From positions 70,866,001 through 70,930,000 of the forward strand of contig OZ286468.1 of assembly GCA_965644265.1 (NCBI GenBank): a stretch of 64,000 bases of DNA, written 5' to 3'. This stretch comes from Glycera tridactyla. Taxonomy: Eukaryota. A program made the position numbers and the translations under genes. The notes beneath the pieces are model-generated. The model searched no databases. It had not been told where the DNA came from and worked only from the letters and a program-made list of their open reading frames with translations. The number at the start of each line of letters is the position of its first letter. Within the stretch, counting starts at the first letter, position 1. Below, in pieces: positions 1 to 14,000 of the stretch.

Positions 1-1104
1 TAGTATAGTTGCAGATTTTATACATAGTCTCTGGGGTTATTGGAGCATTATGGACCATCAATACCTGCTGGCCCCACTCTTCATGGAACCTCCTACCTAG
101 CATCCATCTTGCCCAAGTAGGGAGAAGTTTCAATCATCTAGAGGATGACATCCAACATACTCACTGTAAGATTCAGGTATAAAACTATATTTCGAAATAC
201 ACTATAATGATGTACAAATGACATGGTGGAAAAATGCATTTTCTTATTGATCTGAACACGCATTTTCAAAAATATTGCAAGGCAGTTTCTAATAGTACTG
301 GTTTGATTACTCTCAGCATCGAAATATTTGTGTGAAATGTTCCCAGTGGTCAGATGACAAGCTCTCCATTAGGTGGGAAAATGATAGGGGAGGATATGGA
401 ATAAAAGCATCTTGCAGGTGCCGTTGCCGTGGCGATGTGTTCATCTTCATGACTATACCTGGATGACTGTGACTATGAAGTGTCGATGCATCTTACTGGT
501 GTATAGTCCCATGTATATCTCAGGTGTAATATGTGAGATGCACATCTATATGATGACCTGTTGATTTTATCAACACAGAGTTGTCCACCCAAGTAGTGGC
601 CTACTTTGGCTTGTCTATTATAGTTCATCTCAACGATACAGTATGATTGAGATTGAATAACATCTAAAAATAAGCTATCTGTGTTGTTGCACCTCATTGG
701 ATGAATTGGAGGTCATTAATTTACATTTCTTTACCGTACTTGACCTGATGATTTCAAAGAACATTTGATCAATTTCTATTTGGAAATATTGAGAAAACGA
801 ATTTTTCTATTGAATTTCATGGAAGAAGAGTGTGTTTGGGAGAATCTGATCTGGTGTCTACCATGTTCGATCAATAAACATTGGTAAACATTAGGGACAG
901 TAGAGGTGTGAGTGTGCTGATGGCTATCAGTGAGCACACGTCAAGGTGTGAACGGATGGGTGAGGTGTATATCAACGATGCTACGATTGATATCATCTGT
1001 TGATTGCAGTCCCATCTGGCCCACATACTTTCTCCATCCCATGGCATTATCCGCACCCTGGGGTACCCTGGGCCAGCAACCCTGGCTACTCACCTTCATT
1101 GGTA

Positions 1105-1276
1105 CAGTGAAACCTGTCTTGGGAGACCACCCTTTTTGGGAGACCACCCTCTAATTGGAGACTGCTCTTTATCGGTTCTTCTCTATAGTTAAATATACCT
1201 CCAATGAGAGACCACCTGTCTTGAAAGACCGCATTTTGTTGGCGTTTGGGGCGGTCTCCCAAGACAGGTTTTACTG
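1105..1276. mobile_element. Intact pogo/Tigger-like (Tc1/mariner superfamily) MITE
   Basis: Flanked by TA (1103-1104 and 1277-1278). It has a 24-bp TIR, CAGTGAAACCTGTCTTGGGAGACC / GGTCTCCCAAGACAGGTTTTACTG (1 mismatch), and internal repeats of GAGACCACC. Confidence 0.9.
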
Positions 1277-1934
1277 TATTTGTGAGTCCCTTGGTGAGTC
1301 GCTCATGCAGGTGTGAAGTCTTATCCTATATATTTGGGATTTGACTTTTATGAAATATTCAAAATTCAAAGACATTTCTACATTCCATATCACAATATAT
1401 GTAATATTGGTAACTACTTGGTGATAAAGAGACACACAAGGAACACACAAAACACATACAGTATGAGAATAAACCAAATCTAATCTCAGTCTCCACATCA
1501 CAAGTGGGTTTTGCAAATGGTTGAACATGAAAAGGACTGGATGGTCCACAGGGGTCTCTCAGTGTGCAGGGCGTAGAGTGTGCTCCTGGGTTGGCTAGTC
1601 AGCTGCTGTTTCATGGCAGCCTGCATGGCTCAGTGTCCAGAACAGCTTGCTCCTATCCAAAGTAGTCAGTTGCCACCATGCAGAACGCTCAGTTTCAAAT
1701 CCACAAAAAGAAAATCAGATGATCACTGAGTTTGCAATTTGAACATTCCCTTGTTGTTCCATGAAATATACTTTCATTGTACTTGGCTGTCTGCGTATCT
1801 CATTCAAGTCAAAGTAGCCCTGAGATATATAGGTTTTAATGATTGGTTTGCCTCATAGACATGGAGTCTTCATCTCAGCCAATGAGTGCAGCAGCTCTGA
1901 AGATGTAAATCATGATCATCCATGCAATGATGAA

Positions 1935-2017
1935 CTTTTATTCACTTTTTTCCATTTCCATCTTTTGTAGGTGAGTTGCAGTGTGGATTTCAACACATTC
2001 ACAGTTCTCAGATAAGT
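1935..2017 (+). other. Candidate recursive splice site (zero-length exon) with downstream AT pseudo-donor
   Basis: A ~30-nt pyrimidine tract (ttttattcacttttttccatttccatcttttg) leads to TAG(1968-1970)|GTGAGT(1971-1976). CAG|ATAAGT follows with +1 at 2012 (41 nt spacing). Confidence 0.75.
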
Positions 2018-4468
2018 CATTTCATCAACTGTTCATATGTTTTCTGTGTAATTTTTGTCTTGCCAGCCTCCTCTCATAAATTGTCTACTTGTGGGATAGT
2101 GATGACATTGAGTAAAGTTGATCTTATGGATTGGAATGTTTTTCCAATTTGTTATCAATTCTGTGAATAAACTAGAGTCAAACCTGTATCAAATGAGCAC
2201 TCTTTGGAAGGCAAAAAGTGGTTGCAAAGGAGAGGTGGTTTTCGATTCAGATGTTCATATGGCAGGTGATTTCTTATCACATTGGTAGCCTAATGCAAGT
2301 TGGACTGTTACCATACCATACTTCAGCCATTGTAAAATTTGCTTATGATTACTTCCCATTGATGTTGGATGAGAATTCATTTTTGACCTCCATTTGGTGA
2401 TATATAATTACTTCAAAACATGGAATGAATATGGTGTAATGTTGGTCTGATTCGATGAATATCAAATAAAGAGCATCATAGTTGAGTGAGCATGTTTAGC
2501 ATTCAACCATGATGCTCTGCCACAAGCATCTGATAAGGAGGCCAACTTGTGATGAACTCCACCGAACACACCTCCTGTTCAGAAGCTGTAGAAATGTCTG
2601 ATTTATGTGAGTCTTTGTGCTTCATAGCAGCGATCATATCAATCCATCTAGCTGCATTGGAATGCATATATCTGAATTAATGTTCCTTCACTGACCATAC
2701 AGAATGGCTCATCATTATTTGGTTTGAAAATGAAGGACAACAGATAACGATTTAATGTAGTGTTGAAATTCATGTACCCTCTGTGCAATATATCACAGGA
2801 TACGGCCTAAATTGTACTTTGTATGTGTCCTTATAGGGCTACATCTTCAGCACCCACTTTATCTTCATGTAAGTCAATTCTGAATTTGGATGTTTAGTTA
2901 TTGATGGTTGATCCGATTTTGACGAGATATCAGATGATTAAATAAACCAAATGCCATATTTAGGATATACTCTATTTGCTGCCAAGTATACTCCCAGGGT
3001 ATAAATAAAATTGAAGCCTTTCTTTCATTCTTGATTGAACAGAAATTGATTATAGGTGAAATACAGATAGATGTAGTATTAAAAGGGTTGTTATGTCTGC
3101 CACACCTGCCCTGGTCAAAATTGAATGCTTTTTGACAATTGAGTCGGGAAAGAGCAGAGGGTTTTCTCTGTGACTCGGTGTATGTGGTTAGTGTGAAATT
3201 TCACATTTCGCTGACAATTGATCGGAAAAAGGTACCAAGGTAGTATTTTTGACCTTATTGACCTCGAACATCTAGGGACTTTTGAATTCTCTGCACATTT
3301 GAATTTCCATCCTTTTCACCATATGGTCTCAAGTTCTATGTTGTTTTTAATCTGATATCATCATGTACTGAATACGGAGTATGGTTTGTTGGTTGGCAAA
3401 CCAACCAACAAACAAACAAATGAATGGACAATATAGAATTGGGGGAATACTGAATTTTCCCTCATCATAGTGGGTATCATGTATGCATAGGTTGTTTCTA
3501 TCAAGATTTGAGAATCAGTGAATTCTGATGACAAACACAGATTTCATTTTTACTGTCCCTTTCTCGCTGAATGTGGAAGTATTTCTACCTCACCAATTTA
3601 CATCAGATGTAGACCTGGACCTTTTTCCCTACATCACATCTGTAGCTTAGTATTTCTTCAGATTTTTCTTTGATAGACATTCAAATCCATGCTGGTGTCA
3701 GTTGAATAAACACGTCGCTTTGATGGGTGCTCATCTGCTTTCTCCCCATTGTTGCTTCATCGCATTGTTGGCGATAAATCGAGAAAAAGCATTTAGCAGT
3801 CGGCGTGCTTCAAATATAAAAATTGTCCGTCACTGTAAACCTGAGCCAATCTACAAATATTTTGTCGAGGATTATTCCTCCAGCCACCATTATCAATATT
3901 TGTGAGATGCATCCAGATTTTTCCCGAGAATGAGAATTGCTAAAAAAAAACAGGAAAATATTTTGCAAGCACCATAATGTGCGAGTACTACACATTGCAA
4001 GTATTATTGTTCATTTTTATGATGAATCTTTCATCAGTATGTATTGTCAGGTAGCTTCTTGAAGTTGATTGGTACCACCCATATTATGTTCAATTTATCC
4101 AGTTGTAAAACATCTGTTGTGATGATAGACCACCCCCAAGTATCAGTAAAACGTGGTAAAACAATGGAGATGGTATTATCTAGTGTCTCTTTTAATACAT
4201 CAAATAGGGCAGAGACCTCAAACAAAGACCTGGAAAGCAGATGGTCTTATCATCACAAATCCTGGTATACAATGAAATATGGATCAAGACAGGGAGATCT
4301 ATGATGAAAGATGAAAGCCCAGATACACACACATTCAGACAAACAACAGAAAAACAGAAGCAAGGACAGACGGCAGGGCAAATCAGTAGTAAGGCTAACT
4401 TCATCAGGAAAAAAGGTGGACAGTGAACCTGATCAGATTATCGTAAAAACTGTTACTTGTGTTGTATA

Positions 4469-4612
4469 CAGTGAAACCTGTATTAAGCAACCTCTGTATT
4501 TAGCAAACTGTCTTGAACAGCCACATTCAGATTTCCTGCTAGATATTATTCACTTAGTATTCAGCAACCACTTTTTAGCTTTCTGTGGGTGGTTGCTGAA
4601 CACAGATTCTGC
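4469..4612. mobile_element. Degenerate pogo-like MITE (GCAACC subfamily)
   Basis: ta-CAGTGAAACCTGTATTAAGCAACC ... GGTTGCTGAACACAGATTCTGC-ta, with internal agcaacc repeats. Confidence 0.65.
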
Positions 4613-5261
4613 TATATTTCATTTCACTGAACAGGTTGTCCCATTAACAGCTTTCACATAAAACAGTGGAAACTGCAATGAAAGACTTTTGGCAAGAGGT
4701 CACTTTGAATGGAATACCACTCTCTCTTGGCTGTATTTCTATTCAGATGAGTTAATCATACCTCTGTTGAGAGACCACCTCTTCTGAGAGTACACTTTTG
4801 GGAATCATTCATCAGTGTCTGTGATCATGAGTTTCGCTGCACCACTCGAATGCATTTCCCTTTATTTTATTTTTCCTGAAAATGTATCTTGTTTGTGTAT
4901 CATTTTGCGGGGCGCTTGTATACATGAGATGGTGTCTGCATCTGGTCTTTAAGCCCTTATAATCATCTTCTAGGAGGGCTGCATGAGGTTGGAGGGATTC
5001 GTTATAGAAGAAGACTGCCATCCCAGCTTCCTTCCCTCCCCATCTCAGATTCTTCATCATGATGGATCACCATAGTAACCAGGAAAAAGAAACAGATGCA
5101 CCCATGCTCTATTGCATCACAATTCCACGTATGAATTGTACGATTCTTCTGGTTTATATGATAGGACCACAGTCTCAGAATGTCCCGTTCTCATGGTTAG
5201 GGTTTCTGAAATCCAGAGTCATTCACTATTGAAAATACTATCTCAGCCACAGCTCAGAGTG

Positions 5262-5315
5262 ACCTTCATAAGTAGGTGGTCTTTATAGAGAGGCGGTCTC
5301 GAACAAGTTCAACTG
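5262..5315. mobile_element. Right-end fragment of a pogo-like MITE; similar fragments at ~2172-2270, 4665-4800, 26930-26995, 27194-27270, 36355-36423, 37135-37260, 41838-41898, 58195-58240, 59975-60055
   Basis: ggtggtct...ggcggtctc...caagttcaactg-ta. The other fragments share gaccacc/ggtggtc and aaacctg/caggtt motifs. Confidence 0.5.
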
Positions 5316-7984
5316 TATATTTTCGAAGGAATGATAGAAACCTATTCTGGAATACATGCATGCTCATCACAGGCTCCCCTTGTACATGAAAATTATTCCC
5401 TTTTTTCTCATGTACAAGATTCACTGACAAAAAAACATCTTGTATGAAAGACCAAATTTTGGGAAAGAGTAGGTATTTCTCCCCAGCAAGAGTGCCACTT
5501 CTTCATCACCATCATACTGTAACATACAACCCAGTAGACATTGAAAGAACATCAAACTGATCAATTAATCGATGAGATAACCAGGCAGACCTTTTAGACA
5601 TGGATCTTTTAGACATATTTGAGCCACAATTATGATATTCTAGAGAACTCCATCACAAACCAAAAAGAAAAGAAATTCCATCACAGATGAGTAGGTGGGT
5701 GTTTGGGTGGTATGGGGTGGGGATTTCATTGTTGAGTAGGTGCAGACATGGATGCCCTCAGCATAAACACTCTGGGTTGATATAAACACAGTGTTTATTT
5801 GGGAATCCCCCAGCACCCATCTAAACCATATGCATCATAAGCTGCACTGCATTTGAGGGTCCACTGTCAGACAGGTCCGGTTTCCTTCTGCATGTTTTCT
5901 GAACAAGCAGATGTATATACCAACTGGGATCTGACCAATTAATTCTGAGTCCAGTCTCTGTGTGGTGGTGCCATCCTTGTCTGCGCACTTCAGAATTGCA
6001 CAGATGTATCCCAAGATATATATACAGTCTGTTGTATCGTAGATGGCAGCTGGAGAAATATCAGCACATCTGAATTTTTACCCCACAAGATCTGATGTGG
6101 AACACTCCCATTATTGGGTCAGATCTTGAAGCGCATCAGTTCAGGGCTCTGCCTTACATGGGTGAATACGTACATTGACTGTTAGGACAGATAACTTGGC
6201 TTGGGTGCATACCCAATTAGGCTGGTCCATGATCCTGTATCCGTCCATAGTTTGTTGTGACAGGGCATGTCAAAAATCAACTCTACCTGTTTGGAGGCTC
6301 ATTATCACTGTTTCAAAAAAGGCAGGTGAAGTGAAGAGTTTATGTAGAGTTTAAATGTTCAGTTATGCGTGGTTCATTCCTACCTAGGTGTTGATCCTTA
6401 TCCGCCTAGAAAAGGATTACCATCCAAAAACCGATTCAGTGTATTATGGAAAAAAATTCTATTCAAAACCAGAATGCAACAATCTGATATATCTATCTGT
6501 ACAATATGTTTCCATCTTGGGATTTTGAATACTGGAAAGAATGTTGGGGAGTGTGTGGGCCCTGTTGTAATGCAGATGATATATGGATGGAAAAATGGCT
6601 GAAAATCTGGCAGTGTGCTGTCATAGTATAGTGGTTGCCACCTGACGGAGCAGCTGGTTCCGGTTATATGAGGGATTACTTCGTTAGCCCTATCTGCTTT
6701 CATCATCATCATCACTACTGGCACCTGTAAAATGCTGATTTATTTCATATTTTCCTACTTTTTCTTCTTTCTCTCTCACCGGATGCATGCAAGACCTTTT
6801 CAAAGCCAGCTCATCTTAAGCCACCATGCTGTGTCTCCTCCACCTAGAGATCGAATGTAGCGTACCCTGAATAAAACAACAACTTCATATTTCAGTCTTG
6901 ATATAGATTGCTATAATTGGAGAATTTCTATCCTCTTCCTGTGAGTAGTTTTTATCATAGACTTTATTTTCATGAGATGTTTGAAGTGGTCAGCTTCCTC
7001 ATCCGTGTAGATCTCAGAATCATTGGCCACAGTAGGATAGAGAGGAGACAATTGCATGTGAACCTTATAAATGTATGATACCCAAGATGTCATTGCTGTT
7101 TATTTCTTCCAATCCATTTGGGACCTGGGCATATTCATATTGGTAGGCGCTCTGCTCATATACTATAGTTTTCTCTGCGTACAAGAGGCACATGAATTTC
7201 AAATTCATTTTGTATTCATATAATGCCAACCTTTGCTTGGCAGCTATGATTTTGTTAGCTTGAAACAATAACATTAGTTTCAAATCAAATTAAGAAATAC
7301 ATGAAACTTTGTTCAATTTACTCTAATGACATCATGCAAGACTCCTGCTCTATGTCACATTGTTATTGTGGTTGTTTTGAGTACAAATTGAAAATCCCAA
7401 AAAGATTAGAAATTGTCGCAAAGGAAACTTTATTGATGGCACCGAAAGTGCTCTCAACATCCTATTTTTTCAGAAATAATGAGTGCAAAGCCATGGTGTA
7501 ATAATGGTAGGGGATTATCAGGGAATCATTGAATGATTGAATAATCGTGTAACATAAACATTATCGTATAACGCTTCACATGCACCAACCTGACATGACC
7601 CGTATGTCATTCTAAAGTCGAACTCAGTCAACTCCATATTTTTGTAGTAAAGTGTTTTGAACAAGTGCTGCTGAACCCTACACACAAGAGACTGAATGGC
7701 CATCTACAGTTCATTCTGTATACAATGCTTTCCTAGTTGCATCAAAATGTCTGAATACCAACACAGGAGCCCAATATTGATTGAATGATTCATTCATATA
7801 TTGTAAAGATTGCACTCAGTGTTTATAAACAACTGACAAATGTTCTCCTTTCTAGCTTTTTCATTGATGACTTAGATACTCCATTCAAATGAGTGCGTCT
7901 TTCAACTTGTAATAGTGGGTGTTCAAAACACCCTATATAGGTGAAACAAGAGGCACACTGATAAGATTGTAAACCTTCCATTGA

Positions 7985-8159
7985 AATCAAGCCTGCTCGA
8001 GAGACCAGCTCTATACAAAAATTTCCCAACTACAAAAACTGCACCCTGGGTGATGACAGTAGTATTTTATACAGTAAACAACCTCCCTACGATGGCAACC
8101 AGTCAACAGAGGCCCTTCTGTCTTGGACCAAGGGTAGTCCTTGAAGACAGGTTTGACTA
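7985..8159. mobile_element. Degenerate pogo-like MITE
   Basis: Right end AAGACAGGTTTGACTA-ta, left end aatcaagcctgctcgagagacc, with internal gagacc/gcaacc motifs. Confidence 0.55.
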
Positions 8160-10534
8160 TACTCAGTTGGTCCTTGGCCTTCACTGCAGCAATGGGCAGA
8201 AATCCAGTGATATTTCATCTCAGATTGTGCAGTCTGAGTACAGAAAGTTTTGTTGAGTGCATGTATGTATACCGGGAGAATCAATGATCGAGTGAAAAGT
8301 TACTCGTTGTTTGTCTGCGAGACAGATAAGTAGATGTAAGTCCTCCTCTTAAGTGATCGTGGTTTGAATCGCTAGACGGATCAGCTTACCTTGTGCAATT
8401 ACACAGGTAAGACACCAACTGTCTCTTCAGATGAGTATAGAGATAATTTTTTTTCTTCTTCAGTGCATTTGGATGTTTACAGACCACTACCTAGGAGGAG
8501 TGGAGCAGTGGGGGATTGAGAATCAGCTCAGTTTGCTCAGCTCCATGGCTGCTCCATGATTGCAAAACTCTCAATGGAGCTGCATTGGAAGTTTACTTCA
8601 GCCTCAGGGGGTCACCCAACATCATTGTAGCCCAGCTCAGAGTTTTGACAGTGCAATTGAGCATATAATCAAGTGAGAGTGCCTAATTGTGTCCCTGGTC
8701 TTGTAAAGATTTGACAAATATGAAGCATGTGAGAATGCTACATGTCAAGATTTTCATCATCTGTGTCCACTCAGAGTTGAAGTATCCCGCAGAAGCTTCA
8801 TATTTTTGCAGTGTCTGGAGCATGCTGGGGTGCACTTAGCACCCCACTGTAGAACCACACCCCCACGCCTGTCAGAGGTGTCAACTAGGGCCACCGCCTG
8901 GATCCTATTGTCAAGATTTATAACACATGCTCCAAAAGATGATCCAGAAATTCAAACCATGTTCTGTATCCTGCTGCTTTGTGAATTGCTTCAAGATTTA
9001 TGTGCTCGGCCTTCACTTCCTGTCATGCCAAGATCTGTGTATAGCATGGAATTTGCAATGAGGCATCAGTTTCAGATATGAATTCTACTGGCACTGCTAC
9101 TCTTCGAGATTAGCACTGCTACTATTTTGGGCCATCAGGGGTTGGCATTCATGGGAAAGCATGTCAGGAACATGCAAAATGGCATCTTTTTTACCAGCCC
9201 ATGTTCCTGTATTAGTCTCTTTCTACCTTCATTGGAACTTCTTCACTCCCAGGCTATTTGAGGCCTGCAGTACTAGATTTTAATGTCAGCATCGTCAGAA
9301 TGATGCCAATAGAATGCATTGAATGTGTGATGAATCATCCTCCACTTTCCCATTCAGTAACTTGATTCCGGATGGTCTGTAGAATTTTGTAGCATCTTGC
9401 TGAAAATTTGTTGTGTGGCGTGTGATCTGGCTATCGATGCTTGTATGTATGCTGGTTCATTTTTGCCGTGAACAATCAAGGTAACATGTCTGTTGCACTT
9501 GGTTGCTGTTTGTTTGTGATTCTTCGGTGCCACCTGTGTGGCAGGATGTCATTCTAGATGTGGGGTGATGGTGTACAGCAGAAAGCACCAGCAGGCGCAC
9601 ACATAATGCCATGAAATATATCTATATGTATTGAGTGTAAACCTGAGAAGAGAGTAATTGTTAGCCTGGGGACATCCAACCCCATCTCACTCATCCTATA
9701 ACACTTACTGTGTCACATGTTCCGCAGTGTTACATGCTCGCGAATCCACACCGCTTTTAGCAGAGAAAAACTGCTTCAGGAATAGGATGTTCAGTTTCAT
9801 ATACAGTGAATGAGAATATGGGGAATTTCAAAATTGAAATCGCAGTATTCTATTCTCTTAGTAACGGTCATATTCATTGAATATTTTAATTCCAACATTC
9901 AAGTCTGTGTTTCATGATAAAGGGTAGATGGGGAAGACATTAGGAGTTATAAGCACAATAGTACATTTTTGTCCTCGATAGTCTTAATGATCGGGACATT
10001 CTGATTTGAAAATTTGGTATGTCTATTAAACTAGAATGATCAATAAAAACTAGGAATGGACATTTAGAATAACGGTTATCCAACATTGTTGTTCATTTTT
10101 TTTTTTTGTTCAGTAGTTTGTGTGTTTGGATGAGATCCGTGGATCAAAATATGGAAGGGAGTGGGTATATAATCAATGATATATACATCTGAATAATATC
10201 AAATTCAGAGAAACTACTGCATCACTGATGGAGAGATTTTGAATGGAGCCAGTTGCTGCTTTTCAGGTAAACTTTTTGAAGGACTGGAAACATTGCTGTC
10301 CTTTGTGCAAGCCAAGAATTGCTTCATTGTCCATGAAATGAATACATGAAGTTCACATACTATTGGGGGTCCATGTGTTGAATGTATGTATGTATATATG
10401 TAATGCTATATGGGTATTGTTTGTTCGGGTCACTATTGTCAACAACTAATTATCATGATTTTGTTTTGTATTCAATGAAGAAATGGGAGTAATATGATCA
10501 CCACTCTCAGTATCACTCAGGCTTGTGCACGTAA

Positions 10535-10598
10535 CACACACATATGCACACATGTGCAAATGCATGCATGCATGCATGCATATACATACACACACATA
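10535..10598. repeat. Alternating purine-pyrimidine microsatellite incl. (ATGC)5
   Basis: acacacacatatgcacacatgtgcaaATGCATGCATGCATGCATGCATatacatacacacac. Confidence 0.85.
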
Positions 10599-10916
10599 GC
10601 TTCCAAAATGGTCTCTCACTATAGGTGGTTCATCATCAGGAGGTCCATTGCACTAGAGAAGTACAAAACAATAATTACCTATATCGCCCTTTAAACTAAT
10701 GCTGCAGAAATTGCCAAAATTAGAAGTTATACTTGAAAGTCCCTCCTACTTTGTGAAATAAGAAAAATGTTTATCCATCTCACATGACTGCAAAGTGAAT
10801 CATGGAAATGTCAATGGCAACTGTTGATTCATTGTAACCCAGTCTCCTGCACTGTCAGGTGAGATGTATCATAGGGCATACATCACTGTTTAGGACCATT
10901 TTGAAAACTGGTAGCA

Positions 10917-11098
10917 CAGTAAAACCTATTATGGGAGATGGCCCAAATGCCAACCACAAGCTGTCTCTCAACACAGGTCAGGTGGTCTCTCATTAAATAT
11001 ATATTTTATCATGTCAAATAGAAAAGAACTGATGGAGAGCAGTCTCTCGAAAGAGGGCTGTCCCGTAAAATATGGGTGCCTCAAAACAGGCATCTCAT
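10917..11098. mobile_element. Degenerate pogo-like MITE
   Basis: CAGTAAAACCTATT start, internal caggtcaggtggtctc and gcagtctctc, and a decayed right end aaaacagg. Confidence 0.55.
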
Positions 11099-14000
11099 GA
11101 ATACAATCCACTCTCAGCTGGGATAAGGGCAGGCACATTCTCCTGCCAATTTACCAGGAGATCCTACACACATCACATCACAAGATCAATGCTACTACCT
11201 CGCAGTTGCCAACAGCTGAAGAAAGGGGCCGGATGGTATCCCTGAAAGCTTCTGAATAACTTTCAACCTTTCCCTGTGAGTACTGTGAAATTTCTACATA
11301 AGGTTCTACTGTGTCAATTATGTTGGTACAGAGGCTGTATTTTCACCACATTTCCCATTTTCAATTCAGTGCTACTCAGGCAGTAGGTCAGGATGTAGAG
11401 TGGACTTGGAGAAGTACAGGTTCTGGACTAGCATGCACTCCCGTCTTTATTATTTCTGTGCCAATAAAAATATGTACCCTCTCAACATGACAGTGTTTAT
11501 CTCATCTTGTTCCCCCAGGTAGAAGGAGAGAGGCAAAATGACCAGACATAAAAATGATGTGTAATAATTCTTGCTATCTCTTTGCAGTGTAACACAAATG
11601 GATTTTCATCTATGTGATGAGCTCCTGGAAATATGAGCTTCATACTGCTTTCCATGATAGCTTGGACTTTTAGCTAGAACCTCTGATGAACAATCATATC
11701 CACCTCCACAACATTCTTCTAGAATTCCAAAAATTAATATTTAGAGATTGCAGCAATCTGCCTGGAACTATCAGTATAGGTAACCTTGAGACTATGTGAG
11801 GGTGGTATAAGAAAATCCACCTATTTTTCCAAAGATCTATCTTCATCTCATCCCTGTGATCGGAGGTTGGTATGTAGCACCTGAATTCAGCCTCCTCCTG
11901 ATCTGTGTGGGACGGAAAACGGCAATGTTGACCTCCTCACATTTTGCCGGTGCAACCAACATGGATAGTGAGAGGAACATGGATTCTGAAAAGCCTGAGG
12001 TCTTTGTTTATGTGGAGCTGCCATGGTAATCAGACAGCTGTCAGTTTCGGCCAATTACTCATGTTTCTGGTTTGTGTAGCAGAAGGAATCTCTCGCAGTA
12101 GTTTCAGCAAATTTAAGGTGTGTTTGAATTGGAGTTGATATTCACGGTTTCCATGGTGAACCATGACAGCAGGCAACACCTATTCTGATTGGTGGCAACC
12201 TACTTTGAATAAATTGCCCCCACCCCATCATGCTCGAGTATGGGTATGTTTTGGCTGAAAAAATGCCACAGAGGGAAATTAGGACTTCAATGTCCAGTTT
12301 GTATTTGTGGATAATTTAGATAAAATACTCACTTGCCAATGTATAAAATTCAATGAATGAAGTATATTTCCATTTCAAGTTTAATTGTGCACAGTACAAT
12401 TCCGAGTTTGAAACTGTATGGGATGGCCGCCATTGCAGAGGTTTCCATGATAATTCAGCATTTCGGGCAAGTCTGCGACCTCAAAATGTAGTGAAAACAT
12501 GTGATATTCCACAGCTGGGTTTGGGCTGGTTGCTGTTCCTGATGCTGTTCCCGATGGTCCAGGAGATCCTTGAAGTAGAAAGAGAGGAAGGGTCTGCAGG
12601 GGTGCAGATTCTCTCACGCCCGCTTCCAATACCTGCTGTGAAACGATGGCGGCAGGAGGAAATATGAAAAAAAATTATGTAAACCTACACAGTCGGTGTC
12701 TTAGTAATAACTCTTTCTGGACTGGGTGTGTGATTTTGGAATTCTCCCGGAAATATCTTGCAAAATTAGACAATTCTTTACATTGGCATACGCCAGCTGG
12801 TTCTTATGCCATTGAGCAGTTCAAAATCTGCTGAAAATTTCCTGACATTTAATGAAAAAATACATTTGCCATTGGAATTTACCCATTTGAACATTTCAGT
12901 TCAAAAGAAACCTCCAACTTTTTTCATTTGTTTTAAGAATCCTGATCATGACGAGCAGACTATAATATGATCGTTACTTCTCTTGGGATTTATTTATTCA
13001 GGATTTGCTTTGTCATTTTGATGTATGAATGTACGAGATACAGGAAGCTGGCCTCTTCCCAGCAGGAGATGATCTCCATCATACCAGAATCGAGAAATTC
13101 GTAAGTTACCGGATATGCGTTCATGATCCAAGATGAATTAGATAACAGTCTGGTACCTCCTCCACAGGTTTCAGATCAAATACCTACTAGCAGATACATA
13201 TTTTCTGCTAGTAATCATGAAATTCTTTCCAGTGATTAATGGCCCAGAGGAGAGAGAGATGGCCGAGTTTTATGCTGGATCTATGATATATGATGAGCCT
13301 GATGTACCCGGTGATATCTTTGGGGAAATGTAGCGTGGGTGAAACTAGACTGGTAGGTAGCCAATTACTGAGATAAGCCTAATGAAATATGATAGCTTGT
13401 GCATGGAAATACCCCAGGTTCATGCCCTCTCTCTTTAGGTATCTCATGGAGAGTGCTTCATTGCTCATGATATGGGAGCAGTATCTAGATATCATGACAG
13501 GAAATGGCCTCCTTCAGCTGGTAGCTGCACCCTAATTGATGAATCTATATTTCTATCCGTAATTTTGCCCAAAATATGCACAGCGATAGATACACATACA
13601 TTGTAGTTACATAGAATTCCTGCCTCAACATTTTGACACATATCCAAGTTTCAAGATACACCAAATCCTTTCCTTTGAAAGTGATAGTGATTTGAAAACT
13701 AGATTTTGTGGTTACAATTTTTGTGGAATTATGCACAGAATGGTGAATATGTGTCATATCCGGCTTGCTGGGAAATTTTCACTTTTCTTTTGTTTCTTTA
13801 ACATATTATTCAGGCAACTCCACCCTTGTGATTAGTCTCGGTGTATGTTTTGGAGAGGGTGGAGTTACTTCTATATCAGCGGGCAGGTATGAATAGCTCA
13901 TAAAATATTTAGACACAATAGCCACCAGGAAGAAATATGAGTCATATCCATCCTTAACTGACTGTGATTGTGAGTGACATACAATAGTCATTGGGGTATC

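Noticed and set aside
9280-9460. Minus-strand NFQQDATKFYR resembling an R4/Dong-type LINE N-terminal motif
   Set aside because: Too short, and the flanking frames do not continue the similarity.
10266-10864. AG|GT junctions at 10266 (GTAAAC) and 10858 (GTGAGA); also 11518, 27114, 50262 and 59420
   Set aside because: Each has a weak donor or weak tract, and none has a CAG|ATRAG within ~80 nt.
12353-12667. 104-aa ORF with a short hydrophobic stretch as DDR leader exon
   Set aside because: The hydrophobic segment is internal, and I found no suitable phase-1 donor.
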